From an uncultured Thiothrix sp. (GTDB lineage Bacteria > Pseudomonadota > Gammaproteobacteria > Thiotrichales > Thiotrichaceae), in the NCBI GenBank assembly GCA_964544775.1, contig CAZJDN010000001.1, forward strand, positions 1 to 53,536: 53,536 nucleotides of DNA, read 5' to 3'. The translations under genes were made by a program, and so were the position numbers. The first letter of the stretch is position 1, and each line of letters opens with the position of its first letter. This document shows positions 29,263-39,635 of this stretch, one piece after another. The notes below the pieces were generated by a model that was not told the origin of the DNA, ran no database searches, and saw only the letters and a list, made by a program, of their open reading frames with translations.

Positions 29263-29407
29263 CTATCCCCCGGTCTGAGAAAATTAAAGCACATCACGTA
29301 AGAGTGTCAAGCCTGCAAAATGCTTCGCATTTTGCATCGCGTAGCGACTACGGGCTTGACATTCTTCCTAAGTGATGTGCAATGATAGCTTCAAGACCGG
29401 GAGGTAG
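29263..29407 (-). promoter_or_regulatory. structured hairpin-promoter element E8
   Basis: Minus arm TTGACA-16-TTTAAT, plus arm TTGACA-19-AATGAT; inner hairpins GCAAAATGC-TTC-GCATTTTGC and TCGC-GTA-GCGA. Confidence 0.8.
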
Positions 29408-29414
29408 TTTGCTG

Positions 29415-31916
29415 TCATTGGGTCATGCCATTGTATACGCCGCTGGCGGGGTTAGTAACAAATTTAGCTACATCGGTTATATTGTGAGAAGTCCTTACAA
29501 TCATCATGAGGTGGATCACGTCAGCAGGAACAGTAAGGTCGTACTCCTTTTTACCTACTAGACCAGCCAGTAGTTGTGGGATAACAACTTTGATTGAGTC
29601 TTGCTGAGGAAGCCCCAGAAGCTCATAGCCTTTCACAGAATTGTTGTAGTCGCTTGACGCCAACGCATACTGTGCTACAGCATTTGCAGCTTTCTTGGCG
29701 TCAGGGATTGCAGTGCTGACAGCGTTGATGAATGTATCCGCGCTATACAGATTCTCTGGCTTGGACACTACTTCGGACATTACCTGCTGGAACTCCTGCG
29801 GTAACTTGCTGATCACATCTGGTATTGGCGGAGCCATCCCATACACACTAGCCTTAGCATTAAATAGAGGTGCGTTAATGTCAAGCACATTGTAGCGCTG
29901 AGTGATCTTGTCCATTATCTCCTGTTTTGGGATATTAGCAAGCTGTTCCTCAGACAAAGCTCCATATTGCGTAGTAGTGCCTGACTCATCTGTAGTAGTG
30001 ATTGAGCCTATCGCTGCAATAGTAGACGCAAGACCGGGATATTTAGGGCTGTCAGCAAGTCCTGTATCAGCGAGAACCTTAGCAGCCATTACGGGGTTAG
30101 AACCTGCTGGCTGACCTGCACCTACCGCAGCTATACCAGCCCGTTGATTAGGGGTTAGCTTCTCAGCAGGTGGCGTGGTGACTGCACCGAGTACAGAAGC
30201 GCCAGCCTTAAGTGCTTGCTGTTCTCCCAGCGTCTTGGCGTATTCGTTAGCCTTGATTTGAAACTCTTGCTGGGTCGTAAGTTCCGCAAGTCCCGCGAGC
30301 TTGACAGCAGAAGCTGCTTGCGCAGCCTCAGCAGTAGCTTTATTTGCAGCTGTTCCAGCTTTGTCCGCAATTTGCAGAGCACCGTATTCCTGCTTAGTGC
30401 GTGAGGCAGCAGCCAGGGCTTCGTAGTAAGCAGCTTCATCGAACGCACCAGCCTCAGCCGCTTTTCTAACAGCAGTGAGCTTCTGTTGTGCAATAATAGC
30501 CTGGGATTGCTGCTCTGCTGTTCCGTTCTGCAGCTGTAGGGCTTTGAGGTCAGATTCGACCTGATAAAATCTTTGGCTCTGCTCAGCATTAAGTCCGCTG
30601 ATGGCAGCATTAGCCTCAGCAGACTTTGTTTGGGCTTCGAGTTGTCGCTGACGAAAGGGAGACTCTGCTTGGTCTTGCAAAACAGCAGCCTGTTTTGAAG
30701 CAGCATCGGCAGCACCCGTCTGCAGTTGTACCTGATATCCCATTAGCTGAGCTACATTCTTTATCTGCTCATTCTGAGCACTGATGATTTTCAGCGGCGC
30801 TTCTGCTTGAGCAATGGCTACGTCTTTACCAATCTCTGCCTTCTTCAAATTACCTTGCAGTTGAGCATTGATAATAGCAGGGTCGCCAAATTTTGCATCA
30901 CCAGCAACCTTAGCCTGACTTGTGATTGTACTCAAAGTATTTTTACCAACTGTTGCTAGACTATTACTTTGGTCTGTGAGTGCAGCTCTGCCGCTGGTGT
31001 AAGGATTGCCGAATAGAATACGGCTAACAAATTGGGCAGGATTATTTGATATAGTAGCATCTTGCACCGCCTGTTCAGCTAGTAATGTGGCATTCAGCCT
31101 GCGTTCAATCATGCTAAGATTGTTTGCAGTGCGGTCGGCTACGCTGCCCTGCACTGTGGGGTCGTAGTTGCTGTCGGTGAGCAAGCTTTGCAGGATAGCC
31201 CTGCGACCTGCGTCATTGGCAGCAAGCTCATTCAACTGAGTGTCAATAGCAGCAGCGCTTTCTGCGCTGAATGATTGCAATGCTGCGGTTGACGCCGCAA
31301 CACTCTGTTGGGTAGCGGATACAGTATCAGGTAATCCTGTAATAAGCTTTTGTACTTGGGACGCTCCTGCTGTCTGCGCTGCCGCTGCTTGTCCGTATAG
31401 AGCTGCTGCTTGGGATTGGGAGTCTGCCCCTGCTGTCGCTTGAGCGCCGCTGCCTGCAACAGTCCCACTGTCAGACACAGCTTGTGCGTATCCTATGCCT
31501 TTGCCTCCAGTAAGTGCAGCGTAATTAGCGCCTATTTGAGACACGTAGTTAGTAGTTTCTTTATACGGAGGGATACCGCCGTACTTATCTACTGCACCTT
31601 CGCCTGCATTGTAACCAGCAAGTGTTTTACTCACGTCTCCGTGATACCTATCCAACAGCCACTTGACATACTTTACACCGCCAGTGATGTTCTGCTCAGG
31701 GTCATAAACATTAGTTACGCCGAAACGTGCCGCTGTTGCAGGGATAAGCTGCATAAGTCCCTGCGCATTTTTAGGGGACTTAGCATTTGGATTAAAGGTA
31801 GACTCAGTGCCAATCATTGCCTTGATGAGTAGAGGGTCTACCCCCTGCTGCGTAGCGATGCGATTAATAAGCGCATCATACTGAGTGTTTTTATTGATAC
31901 TGGCTACAGTAGCCAT
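29415..31916 (-). CDS. internal virion protein with N-terminal SLT lytic transglycosylase
   Basis: DPLLIKAMIGTESTFNPNAKSPKNAQGLMQL...AGYNAGEGAV...ETTNYV, followed by an Ala/Gln coiled region. Confidence 0.9.
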   Translation of the reverse strand: MATVASINKNTQYDALINRIATQQGVDPLLIKAMIGTESTFNPNAKSPKNAQGLMQLIPATAARFGVTNVYDPEQNITGGVKYVKWLLDRYHGDVSKTLAGYNAGEGAVDKYGGIPPYKETTNYVSQIGANYAALTGGKGIGYAQAVSDSGTVAGSGAQATAGADSQSQAAALYGQAAAAQTAGASQVQKLITGLPDTVSATQQSVAASTAALQSFSAESAAAIDTQLNELAANDAGRRAILQSLLTDSNYDPTVQGSVADRTANNLSMIERRLNATLLAEQAVQDATISNNPAQFVSRILFGNPYTSGRAALTDQSNSLATVGKNTLSTITSQAKVAGDAKFGDPAIINAQLQGNLKKAEIGKDVAIAQAEAPLKIISAQNEQIKNVAQLMGYQVQLQTGAADAASKQAAVLQDQAESPFRQRQLEAQTKSAEANAAISGLNAEQSQRFYQVESDLKALQLQNGTAEQQSQAIIAQQKLTAVRKAAEAGAFDEAAYYEALAAASRTKQEYGALQIADKAGTAANKATAEAAQAASAVKLAGLAELTTQQEFQIKANEYAKTLGEQQALKAGASVLGAVTTPPAEKLTPNQRAGIAAVGAGQPAGSNPVMAAKVLADTGLADSPKYPGLASTIAAIGSITTTDESGTTTQYGALSEEQLANIPKQEIMDKITQRYNVLDINAPLFNAKASVYGMAPPIPDVISKLPQEFQQVMSEVVSKPENLYSADTFINAVSTAIPDAKKAANAVAQYALASSDYNNSVKGYELLGLPQQDSIKVVIPQLLAGLVGKKEYDLTVPADVIHLMMIVRTSHNITDVAKFVTNPASGVYNGMTQ

Positions 31917-31925
31917 GCTGCCCTC

Positions 31926-32549
31926 CTATTTAGTATCAGCGAAGTATGTACGTTTACTGAACAGGTCAAGTAAAGACATTAACGCAAGAATTATAGCTGC
32001 GTCAGTAAGGAAATCGCCTAACAGCGGCTTATACTCTTCGTTGAAAGTCTCATGACGTGTAGTATCATCCTGTAGAGCAGCGCTGATCGCTTGGTTGACA
32101 GGCTGGCTACGACCAGTCTCAACCTCAGCATAACGAATACCAGTATCAATCCGTAGCTCTGCCGCCTTACGCACAGTACGTGCGTAGGCTTCATTAGCCA
32201 ATAACTGAATTGTGGTGTTGTTATATAGACCAGCACGGCACATGGGAGAATAAATCTGGGGCAGATCATCCTCTTGATACCGTGCGAAAATCTCATCCAT
32301 AGCTTGATCGGCATCGTCCCATGCAATGCTCTTCTTGAATTCATCGGAAGTAAACCGTGCCAGACCTGCGTCAATCCATTGCTGCACCTGCGCCTTCTGC
32401 GCAGGTGTAAGATGGCTTTCAGTAAAATCTGTAGTACGGTCAATCTCATGATAAGCTTGAGCCAGCCCTGCGAAGAAATCGCCTAGACCTTTAAAGCCAT
32501 CACCTTTATACGCATCAGTATACGTGTAATTGTAGACATCGTTAGCCAC
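31926..32549 (-). CDS. probable small internal virion protein
   Basis: 207-aa ORF preceding the two ejection proteins; hydrophobic C-terminus. Confidence 0.5.
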   Translation of the reverse strand: MANDVYNYTYTDAYKGDGFKGLGDFFAGLAQAYHEIDRTTDFTESHLTPAQKAQVQQWIDAGLARFTSDEFKKSIAWDDADQAMDEIFARYQEDDLPQIYSPMCRAGLYNNTTIQLLANEAYARTVRKAAELRIDTGIRYAEVETGRSQPVNQAISAALQDDTTRHETFNEEYKPLLGDFLTDAAIILALMSLLDLFSKRTYFADTK

Positions 32550-32583
32550 TGCTAATCTCCAATTGCTGGGTTAAAGCTACTTA

Positions 32584-33357
32584 TTAATCCTGTTTCTTCC
32601 AGATGCGCATTAAGCGTTCTTTGAAAATCCACGCAGCAGACAACAAGGTGATACCAGATTGTACTACGAGCTGGGTATCGGCAGGTAAGAAAGGCATAAG
32701 GATATTAGCTACGTTATGTATCCCTTCAACGGGAGTACCAGCTGCACATGCTGCCACGGCTCCCGCATATTCATTAGCTTGGCTGGCTACATTGGTGACA
32801 GCCGTGGTTGCAGTAGTTGCAGTAGTGGTAGCCATGTTAACTGCTGCTGGCACTAAGCCTCCTATTGCGGCTGCACCTGTAATAACAGCAGCAGTAATAG
32901 TGGTAGAGTCCCACCCTGTTTTCGGGCGGCGATACTGGTACACGCTGGATTTGTCAAACCGACCTACGTTGACAGCATTACCTTGATTGCCCCCGAGACA
33001 ATGAATCTCATCGCCTTTTTCGCCAACGTAGAAGGCTACATGACCGCGACCACTGCCATGACTCCACACCACAATATCGCCATACTGAGGTTTAGTTACT
33101 TCTTTACCCCAATCTGCCCATGATAATGCAGCCGCAGACTTTGTACGTGCAATACCGGCTTTCATCATTACCCAATTTGCGAATGCTGAACACCACGGAG
33201 TCTCGTCGTCCGTAGCATAATAAGTAGTGGCAGTGAAATACTCAACAATTTGGGGGTTGTCGGATGAGCCAGGAACCTCCTTTTGACCAAGTTCGCCCAT
33301 AGCGATTTGCATGTGGTTGAGTTTTGGCTCTGATTGAGTGCGTGTGAATTTGATCAT
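32584..33357 (-). CDS. TIGR02594-family (NlpC/P60/CHAP-like) peptidoglycan hydrolase, probable endolysin
   Basis: DDETPWCSAFANWV, GHVAFY, LGGNQGN; hydrophobic C-terminal segments. Confidence 0.85.
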   Translation of the reverse strand: MIKFTRTQSEPKLNHMQIAMGELGQKEVPGSSDNPQIVEYFTATTYYATDDETPWCSAFANWVMMKAGIARTKSAAALSWADWGKEVTKPQYGDIVVWSHGSGRGHVAFYVGEKGDEIHCLGGNQGNAVNVGRFDKSSVYQYRRPKTGWDSTTITAAVITGAAAIGGLVPAAVNMATTTATTATTAVTNVASQANEYAGAVAACAAGTPVEGIHNVANILMPFLPADTQLVVQSGITLLSAAWIFKERLMRIWKKQD

Positions 33358-33384
33358 GGCTAGTGCCTCCTCTAAATAATCTGA

Positions 33385-33843
33385 TTACTTTCCTTTACCC
33401 TTGTTTACATGGGTTTGAAGTCCCTCTCCAAGAGTAACAAGCGTTTTGCCCTGATTAGCTACTGTAGTCTCTAACGCAGAGAGACGAGCTTCGGCTGTTG
33501 AATTCCATTGGGCTGTTTGTGCTCTCAGCTTCTGTAATTCATCCAGCATCTGTTCGTTAACAGACATCTGAGCAACTTGATTTTTTAAGTATGCGTCCAG
33601 AAATCCGACCAACGGCTCCCGTATTCCAGCGAAGTTGACGACAACAATGAATGCTACGCTGGGAACAAAAATGGAAGCTGCCAAAGTGCCTATCCATCCC
33701 TTCACATATGGAGGGATATTCCTATTAAACATCATAGGATCGGGATTACCCGGAGATATATGATAAGTAGGAAATTGACCTTGTTGATGAGGAACCCCAG
33801 GCTGAGGTGCGGGGGCTGGCGCTTGTTGATTGGTGTTAGTCAT
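33385..33843 (-). CDS. membrane protein, holin- or spanin-like
   Basis: Single TM segment plus coiled coil, immediately upstream of the endolysin. Confidence 0.5.
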   Translation of the reverse strand: MTNTNQQAPAPAPQPGVPHQQGQFPTYHISPGNPDPMMFNRNIPPYVKGWIGTLAASIFVPSVAFIVVVNFAGIREPLVGFLDAYLKNQVAQMSVNEQMLDELQKLRAQTAQWNSTAEARLSALETTVANQGKTLVTLGEGLQTHVNKGKGK

Positions 33844-33975
33844 TAGTATCCCCTTGACAGGACTGTACGTTAACTATTACATTCTCAAACCATCTCTTCT
33901 GATGCAGCTTACCAGCAGAGTCTCTCCATGTACGTCTGCGTAATTCATACAAAGTAGTTGGAATAGTTGTGCATG

Positions 33976-34004
33976 AGGAAGAAGCCCCCGCAGGGGCTTC
34001 CTCT
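33976..34004. terminator. strong hairpin between tail and lysis genes
   Basis: GAGGAAGAAGCCCC-CGCA-GGGGCTTCCTC followed by TTTT on +. Confidence 0.45.
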
Positions 34005-34025
34005 TTTGATTGCGGCTCTTGCTTA

Positions 34026-34520
34026 TTAGGCAAAGGCGCGGGAGTCAGCTTCGGCTTTGAGCAGGTCAAGCAACGCTCCAATGTTACGGAACTTGGTTTG
34101 AATATCCTCCACATACTCTGCTGCTGCTGGGACAGCGCCCAGATCGAGCCCGAACTTAGCAACAAGCTCAGGCAGCTCATGATTAGCAAGCTGATAACAG
34201 TAATGCGAAGACTCGCCAGCGACTGTTGAAACAACGGAAGGATCCCGGAGAAAGATAGCGAGTTCATCAGGATTGCCCCCTACTGCAAGCAGTTCTGCCA
34301 ATGAGTCGATCGCAGGCGCTACTACAGAAACATAGGCAGGATTTGCTGAGTAAGTGCCATCACCATTATCAATGAAAGCGCACTCGGCGCAACCCAAGCT
34401 GCTATCGACTACAGCTTGTACTTCCGCGTCTGTGCTGGATAATTGACGTGCTAATGTAGGCACGTTAGTAGCCGCCCCATTAGCAACGAGTCGGTCATAT
34501 ACGGATTGATTAGAAAGCAT
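34026..34520 (-). CDS. hypothetical protein, possible tail fibre assembly factor
   Basis: 164-aa ORF directly after the tail-collar gene. Confidence 0.6.
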   Translation of the reverse strand: MLSNQSVYDRLVANGAATNVPTLARQLSSTDAEVQAVVDSSLGCAECAFIDNGDGTYSANPAYVSVVAPAIDSLAELLAVGGNPDELAIFLRDPSVVSTVAGESSHYCYQLANHELPELVAKFGLDLGAVPAAAEYVEDIQTKFRNIGALLDLLKAEADSRAFA

Positions 34521-34546
34521 TTGTTAAATCCTAGGTTATGGTTAAA

Positions 34547-35152
34547 TTACTGACCTAAATACATGAATTTATTCAGGTAAATAGTCTTTGGAGAAATGTC
34601 CACGGGAGCATTGCTGCCCCCAAGTGAGACGACATGGGTATGGCTGCCAACGGGCTGTACATCGAAATAGCCTGCCCCATCGACTCCACTCCACCCGCCA
34701 CCAGACCACGGCTGATCGCCAGTACCTGACCCGACTGCAGCATACGAGTGTTTAAACCGAATACCGTGGTCATGAGCTCCTGAATCAGTTGAAGTCAGGT
34801 CTACAATAGGCAGATTTGCCTGAGTAAGCACCACAGTATTGCTACCGGATACAGAGCCAAGTGTAGAATCTGCCTTCTGACGAGATACTGCTTCCTCAGC
34901 GTTAGGCAAGTTTGCAGTAAATCCCAATGATGCTGCATTAGCCTGCTGCACGGCGGTAAGTGAAGACACCGGGCGACCGTCAAGCTTAATCCAGCCCAAA
35001 TGATCAGCAGTTTGGGCGCTATCCTTAACGTCGCCAATCGTAGTGCCAGCTCCGGTAAATCTCAATTTTCCAGTTACAGGGTCTTGGACAAAACCCGATG
35101 CCACCAAATCGCCTAAGCGAATAACAGCATCGGGGCGTGAATTAGCGCTCAT
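34547..35152 (-). CDS. tail fibre protein with tail-collar-like domain
   Basis: IGDVKDSA...GWIKLDGR, GSNTVVLTQANLP, HDH/HTH motifs. Confidence 0.7.
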   Translation of the reverse strand: MSANSRPDAVIRLGDLVASGFVQDPVTGKLRFTGAGTTIGDVKDSAQTADHLGWIKLDGRPVSSLTAVQQANAASLGFTANLPNAEEAVSRQKADSTLGSVSGSNTVVLTQANLPIVDLTSTDSGAHDHGIRFKHSYAAVGSGTGDQPWSGGGWSGVDGAGYFDVQPVGSHTHVVSLGGSNAPVDISPKTIYLNKFMYLGQ

Positions 35153-35209
35153 GCTAAGTCCTCCTATGTATGGAGGAGTAGAGCGAAGGGGTACCTCGCC
35201 CTATTCCTG

Positions 35210-35497
35210 TTATGGCAACGCAGGTAAGCCAAAGTTAATGACAGTGCCCACGTATTCGCCTGTGGCATCATACAGGTTGGTAGCACCCACTTCACTGATT
35301 AGCTTGCCACTGGAAGTATCTTTGAAAGCGATCTTACCAGCGAACGCATCAGCGCCAGCAGTATACACTGCGGTGAAGTCAGTATCAGGTACGGCAGCAG
35401 GGTTAACCACAATCAAGCCAGTTGCTGGGTCTTGTTTCAAGCCAGCGCCCAGGTCGCCCAGGGTAATGATTGCTTTTGGGTCAGCATTTACAGACAT
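35210..35497 (-). CDS. small virion protein, N-terminus paralogous to 34547..35152
   Basis: AIITLGDLGAGLKQDPATG vs AVIRLGDLVASGFVQDPVTG; AGGAG RBS. Confidence 0.65.
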   Translation of the reverse strand: MSVNADPKAIITLGDLGAGLKQDPATGLIVVNPAAVPDTDFTAVYTAGADAFAGKIAFKDTSSGKLISEVGATNLYDATGEYVGTVINFGLPALP

Positions 35498-35566
35498 GAG
35501 AATACTCCTTGATAGGGGTAAAGAAAGACAACATGTATACTACTTTAAGGGAGTAGCGCCCTTGTA

Positions 35567-35714
35567 TCCCACCGACCTATAAAAATCATAACTCATTGCG
35601 TCAGATTGTCAAGCCAAGGAATTAATTTGCTTTGCAAATTAATTCCTTCCGCATAGCGGCAAGGGCTTGACAATCTGCCTTAGCAATGAGTTACAATGAT
35701 TTGCGGTCGGGGGG
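35567..35714 (-). promoter_or_regulatory. structured hairpin-promoter element E9
   Basis: Minus arm TTGACA-16-TATGAT, plus arm TTGACA-19-TACAAT; inner hairpins AAGGAATTAATTTGC-TTT-GCAAATTAATTCCTT and CCGC-ATA-GCGG. Confidence 0.85.
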
Positions 35715-36458
35715 TTATGGGGTCAACGATGGCAGCCCAGCAGCACTGAATGTCAGAGCTACAGGTTGTCCAGTCGCATCCCAATGAGCTTCAAGTGGGA
35801 GAGGTTTACCAATTGGCTGTCCTCCGTATGTCATACCTAAGCCAAACGTTGGGATGTTATTCACGTCCACTCCTGTCTGCACAACAGCCATCCCGAATTG
35901 ATCTGACACCAGCGGAGGGACGCTAACCCCGAGAATTTGTCCCAGCTGGCAGATACGCACTGCCAGTGTAAGGAATTCCATTTCGCTGATGTCTTCCTGA
36001 ATGCTGTTACGGCGAACAAGCAGATTACTGTGCCAGCTATCTGCTTGTTGCAGGTCGAGGATATGATGCCAGTTCCACTGCTTGAAGACACGCATCGGCT
36101 TATCAAACGCATTTTCCAGAACGGATGGGTCTTTCTCGCCACCCCACCATTTCATGCCACCGTCCCACATTGCCCAGCCCACGTTTACCGGAGCGCAAGG
36201 AATAGCAGGGGGTATAGAGGAAATTTTCTCATCTGACCAGCAGCATTCCATAGGGTCTGCCAGCGGCGCAGAGCATGGGCTCTTGCCATAATTAACAGCT
36301 GCCGCAGGGTCTGGCGCATTCAGCGGTATTTCCTCTTGGCACGGTTCTGGAGCACACTCAGGCATCTGCTGTACGACAGCAGCTGGCGTGAGTGGGGCTG
36401 TCGGTGGGCTACCACAAAATGATTTGATAGTGCCCCCCGGGTTTGTACAATCTGTCAT
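35715..36458 (-). CDS. Cys/Pro-rich putative virion protein
   Basis: 247-aa ORF with GGAG RBS in the tail cluster. Confidence 0.65.
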   Translation of the reverse strand: MTDCTNPGGTIKSFCGSPPTAPLTPAAVVQQMPECAPEPCQEEIPLNAPDPAAAVNYGKSPCSAPLADPMECCWSDEKISSIPPAIPCAPVNVGWAMWDGGMKWWGGEKDPSVLENAFDKPMRVFKQWNWHHILDLQQADSWHSNLLVRRNSIQEDISEMEFLTLAVRICQLGQILGVSVPPLVSDQFGMAVVQTGVDVNNIPTFGLGMTYGGQPIGKPLPLEAHWDATGQPVALTFSAAGLPSLTP

Positions 36459-36470
36459 TGCAGAATCTCC

Positions 36471-38180
36471 TTACTGGAATGTATAGATACTAAGCGGTGC
36501 GCCAGATTGACCCCCGCCAGTTACGATGGAATAGCCAGTCCCGTTATAAACGAGTTCTCCATATTCCGAGTTGGCTGTTTGCAGAGTATTAACCGAGATT
36601 ACACTCCCTGCACCGTCCAGTTTTACAGCTCGTACACCATTAGCCCCTGCCCAGTCCCCGAATGCGTAGCAAGAGCCTCCGGTGTACGCGACAGCACCCC
36701 CACCAGATGTAGCAAATCCAGTCAGGCTTGCCACAATGCTATATGCTGTGCCATTCCAGCGTAATACATATGAGGTGTCAGTGCCATACGCATCTTTCCC
36801 AGCATTAGCCACCGATAGGTACAACGCACCAGTAGTATCCGGCTGGTATTTGTTCCACCATGCAGCGTGAGCTGGAGCCAAGGTATATACCAAGCTATTA
36901 GCGCCAGTGGAGCTGTTAACCTGATAAATCTTAGTGGCATTGGCGGCAGGGCTATAGGACGACCATGCTGTTGTAGAGCCTACAGCAACATGCAATACGC
37001 CCGGAGACACTTCATAAATGGAAGTGGATTTAACACTGTTCAAGACAGCTGGCAGTGTGGTAAGTAGTGCAAACGGGGCAGTACCGCCAGCGCTCTTGTA
37101 AAGCTGAGTAGTTCCGTTAGTTGAACTGCCGATAGCGATATACACGTTACCTGCTGCATCTTCGTACATTCCCGCATTCTTTACCCTGCTACCCACATTG
37201 AGGTACTGGAACAGAGTTGGAGCGCCGCCTGTGGACTTGAAGATTTTAACTCCTGATGTACCTGATGATATACCTGTTCCGATTGCTCCCCAATACCCAG
37301 ATGCCCCTGATAGTGAGGTTACACTCCATGCAACTGTACCCATACCATGTGCCGTTGAACCCAAAATAGTGGCTGTTCCGCCTGGCTGGATAATAGCAAA
37401 CATGATATTGGTTGATGACCCTGGAGATGAGCCATCCGACCACACCAGTAATGGAGAGCCATTCGGGTCTGGCTGAGATACTGACAGCCCAGAGGCTCTA
37501 CCGCCCGGTGCCCAAGTCTTAGTGCTAGCTGTATTACACAAAGGAGCTGGCGGGAATGCCACGCCACCGAAGTCAAGAGTACATGTTCCCCCGCCTGCCA
37601 GTAGTACGTCGAACTTGGGCTGTCCAGCAGTACCTCCGGTGCAGTCCAAATTGAACATGCCGACAATCTTGATTGGGCGTGCGGCATAGTTAGCGTAAGC
37701 ATTGGCTGCTACAGTACCTACAAAAGCAGCGGGGTTTAGCCGCAGCGAGTTTGCGGCAGTCTGATTGCCTAGCAGGGTACTGTTATGATTGTTGAATGCC
37801 GCCATGGACACAACTTTTGTAGTTCCATCGGGAGCTACCACCCGCATCGTCCCGTTAACTGGGTCAACGCCAAAGAATGCTGCGATCTTGAGGGCATTTG
37901 TTAAGGCTGCGCCAGATGGAGGGGCTGCCGTAGTAGCTATTCCATACACAGGATTAACTGTATTAGCCGCGCCACCAACTACTGCTGCATTTCCTGCGGC
38001 GTTGTCAAACATGAATGGGGCGTACGCTCCACCTTTCTCCAAAAGATTTGGCACACGTGCTACAGCCTCCATTGCGTTTGTGCTACCAGCAGGCGTACAT
38101 CCGTTAGCCGCTAGTAAATCACAAAACTCAACTGCACATGACATGTTGCCTAGGGCGTCAGTTACTACGACCTTAGTCAT
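36471..38180 (-). CDS. tail fibre/receptor-binding protein
   Basis: Gly/Ser/Thr-rich; repeated beta-strand units in the C-terminal half suggest a propeller; N-terminus paralogous to 38192..38797. Confidence 0.65.
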   Translation of the reverse strand: MTKVVVTDALGNMSCAVEFCDLLAANGCTPAGSTNAMEAVARVPNLLEKGGAYAPFMFDNAAGNAAVVGGAANTVNPVYGIATTAAPPSGAALTNALKIAAFFGVDPVNGTMRVVAPDGTTKVVSMAAFNNHNSTLLGNQTAANSLRLNPAAFVGTVAANAYANYAARPIKIVGMFNLDCTGGTAGQPKFDVLLAGGGTCTLDFGGVAFPPAPLCNTASTKTWAPGGRASGLSVSQPDPNGSPLLVWSDGSSPGSSTNIMFAIIQPGGTATILGSTAHGMGTVAWSVTSLSGASGYWGAIGTGISSGTSGVKIFKSTGGAPTLFQYLNVGSRVKNAGMYEDAAGNVYIAIGSSTNGTTQLYKSAGGTAPFALLTTLPAVLNSVKSTSIYEVSPGVLHVAVGSTTAWSSYSPAANATKIYQVNSSTGANSLVYTLAPAHAAWWNKYQPDTTGALYLSVANAGKDAYGTDTSYVLRWNGTAYSIVASLTGFATSGGGAVAYTGGSCYAFGDWAGANGVRAVKLDGAGSVISVNTLQTANSEYGELVYNGTGYSIVTGGGQSGAPLSIYTFQ

Positions 38181-38191
38181 AACTCACCTCC

Positions 38192-38797
38192 TTATGCGCC
38201 TACATCTATAGTACACAGTGTACCATCAGGTTTGACCACATCAAAGATAGGCTTGCCACCCGTACCGCCGGTACATTTGAAGTTGAACATGAATGGAACT
38301 TTAATAGCTGCCGCCAGTTGCGCCGCAGTGGGAGCCCCCGCTTGCGCAACACCAACGAACGCATTGGGATTGACAGCATATGGAGTGCCAGTAGTGCCAT
38401 TGCCTGTAACAGTAGTGCCATCCGAAACCCCCGGAGTACATGGGGTTACGTGATAGGTTGTTCCGTCCGAAGCTACAATGTCAAATTCACCTGTCAACGG
38501 GTTCAGATTAAACATTGTAGGAATTTTTACTGCGTTAACCAGATCACCAGCAGTAGGTGCAGCGGTAGTAAGAGCTACACCTACAATCGGCGCTACAGTC
38601 CCCTTTTTCAGGATTGCAGCTGTGCCATCAGGATTCTGGAAGAAGGCAGGGATTTTAAATACCGAGGCAATTTCTACCGCAGTAGCAGCACGAGCAACAG
38701 CAGCGCCGACTACAGGAGAACACTCCTGTACCAATTCGCATACGTCGCGCGCACAGGTAACTACGCCAGTATTGTCAGTAACGACAACTTTATTCAT
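38192..38797 (-). CDS. virion/tail fibre protein
   Basis: KVVVTD..G...CA start; internal duplication (VKIPTMFNL / IKVPFMFNF); FNFKCTGGTGGKPIFDV matches FNLDCTGGTAGQPKFDV of the next gene. Confidence 0.65.
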   Translation of the reverse strand: MNKVVVTDNTGVVTCARDVCELVQECSPVVGAAVARAATAVEIASVFKIPAFFQNPDGTAAILKKGTVAPIVGVALTTAAPTAGDLVNAVKIPTMFNLNPLTGEFDIVASDGTTYHVTPCTPGVSDGTTVTGNGTTGTPYAVNPNAFVGVAQAGAPTAAQLAAAIKVPFMFNFKCTGGTGGKPIFDVVKPDGTLCTIDVGA

Positions 38798-38844
38798 GTC
38801 GAATTCTCCTGTAGGGAGGCGGCTGCCATGGCAGCCGCATCAGT

Positions 38845-39165
38845 TTATGGGCACAGCGGCAGCTGTAATGCGCAGACGAATAATACTGTACCTGCAGAGT
38901 TCTTAAACTCCATTTTGCCAGTAGTAGCATTGAACCCGCAAGACGCTGGCACCTTATCCAGAGTAGCAAACTCCGGCAGCACTACCATATCATCCAGCAC
39001 TGTACCATTAGACTTGGTCAGTTCGATAGACAACTCACGAGACGCTGGGACATAGTTAATGTTTACAGTATCAAGGATAGCACCTTCTTCACGCAGGACA
39101 GGGGTGATATTCTTCGCGCATTCCACAACACCAGTAGAACTGGTGGTAACAACATATGTAGACAT
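38845..39165 (-). CDS. small virion protein
   Basis: YVVTTSSTGVVECA start resembles the two neighbouring genes. Confidence 0.6.
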   Translation of the reverse strand: MSTYVVTTSSTGVVECAKNITPVLREEGAILDTVNINYVPASRELSIELTKSNGTVLDDMVVLPEFATLDKVPASCGFNATTGKMEFKNSAGTVLFVCALQLPLCP

Positions 39166-39174
39166 GATGAATCC

Positions 39175-39630
39175 TTATGGACAGCAATTATTACACAAAG
39201 TCAACGCACAATCAGGTTTGAGGAAGGTTTTAACCTCCACACAATCTCTATTCGCTGCGTCTCCTTCACACGGCACGAATGCCATTTTTGACGTCAGGTC
39301 AGTGCATCCCATCGCATCAGACATATGAGCTATCATGAATGCGGTGGGATTAATCAACATGGCGACCAGACGAACCATATTGATAGGTCGCCACGACCCT
39401 TCCCCCGGAGGAGCGTATTCCCCGTCGGGGCAGATATGCCCCCACAGGTTATTCTTACAATCCAGCACAATACTTCCAGCTGGATATGGAGTGCAACCCT
39501 TGTTCCATTTAACCATAAATGGAGGGGCTTTGATAGCAGCAGCAGGTGGGATTTCCCCAGCGCAATCAGTAGCTCGGGTGACATACGTGCAACTGCCAAT
39601 TTTTGTACTACACGAAGTAGCCATAGTCAA
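39175..39630 (-). CDS. Cys-rich virion protein with CBM5/12-like repeat
   Basis: PFMVKW...YPAGSIV...NNLW...PPGEGSW; ends CALTLCNNCCP. Confidence 0.55.
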   Translation of the reverse strand: MTMATSCSTKIGSCTYVTRATDCAGEIPPAAAIKAPPFMVKWNKGCTPYPAGSIVLDCKNNLWGHICPDGEYAPPGEGSWRPINMVRLVAMLINPTAFMIAHMSDAMGCTDLTSKMAFVPCEGDAANRDCVEVKTFLKPDCALTLCNNCCP

Positions 39631-39635
39631 CCTCC

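Noticed and set aside
33836-34267. 143-aa minus ORF as a nested spanin
   Set aside because: Overlaps 34026..34520, crosses a strong hairpin, and has no clear RBS or convincing lipobox.
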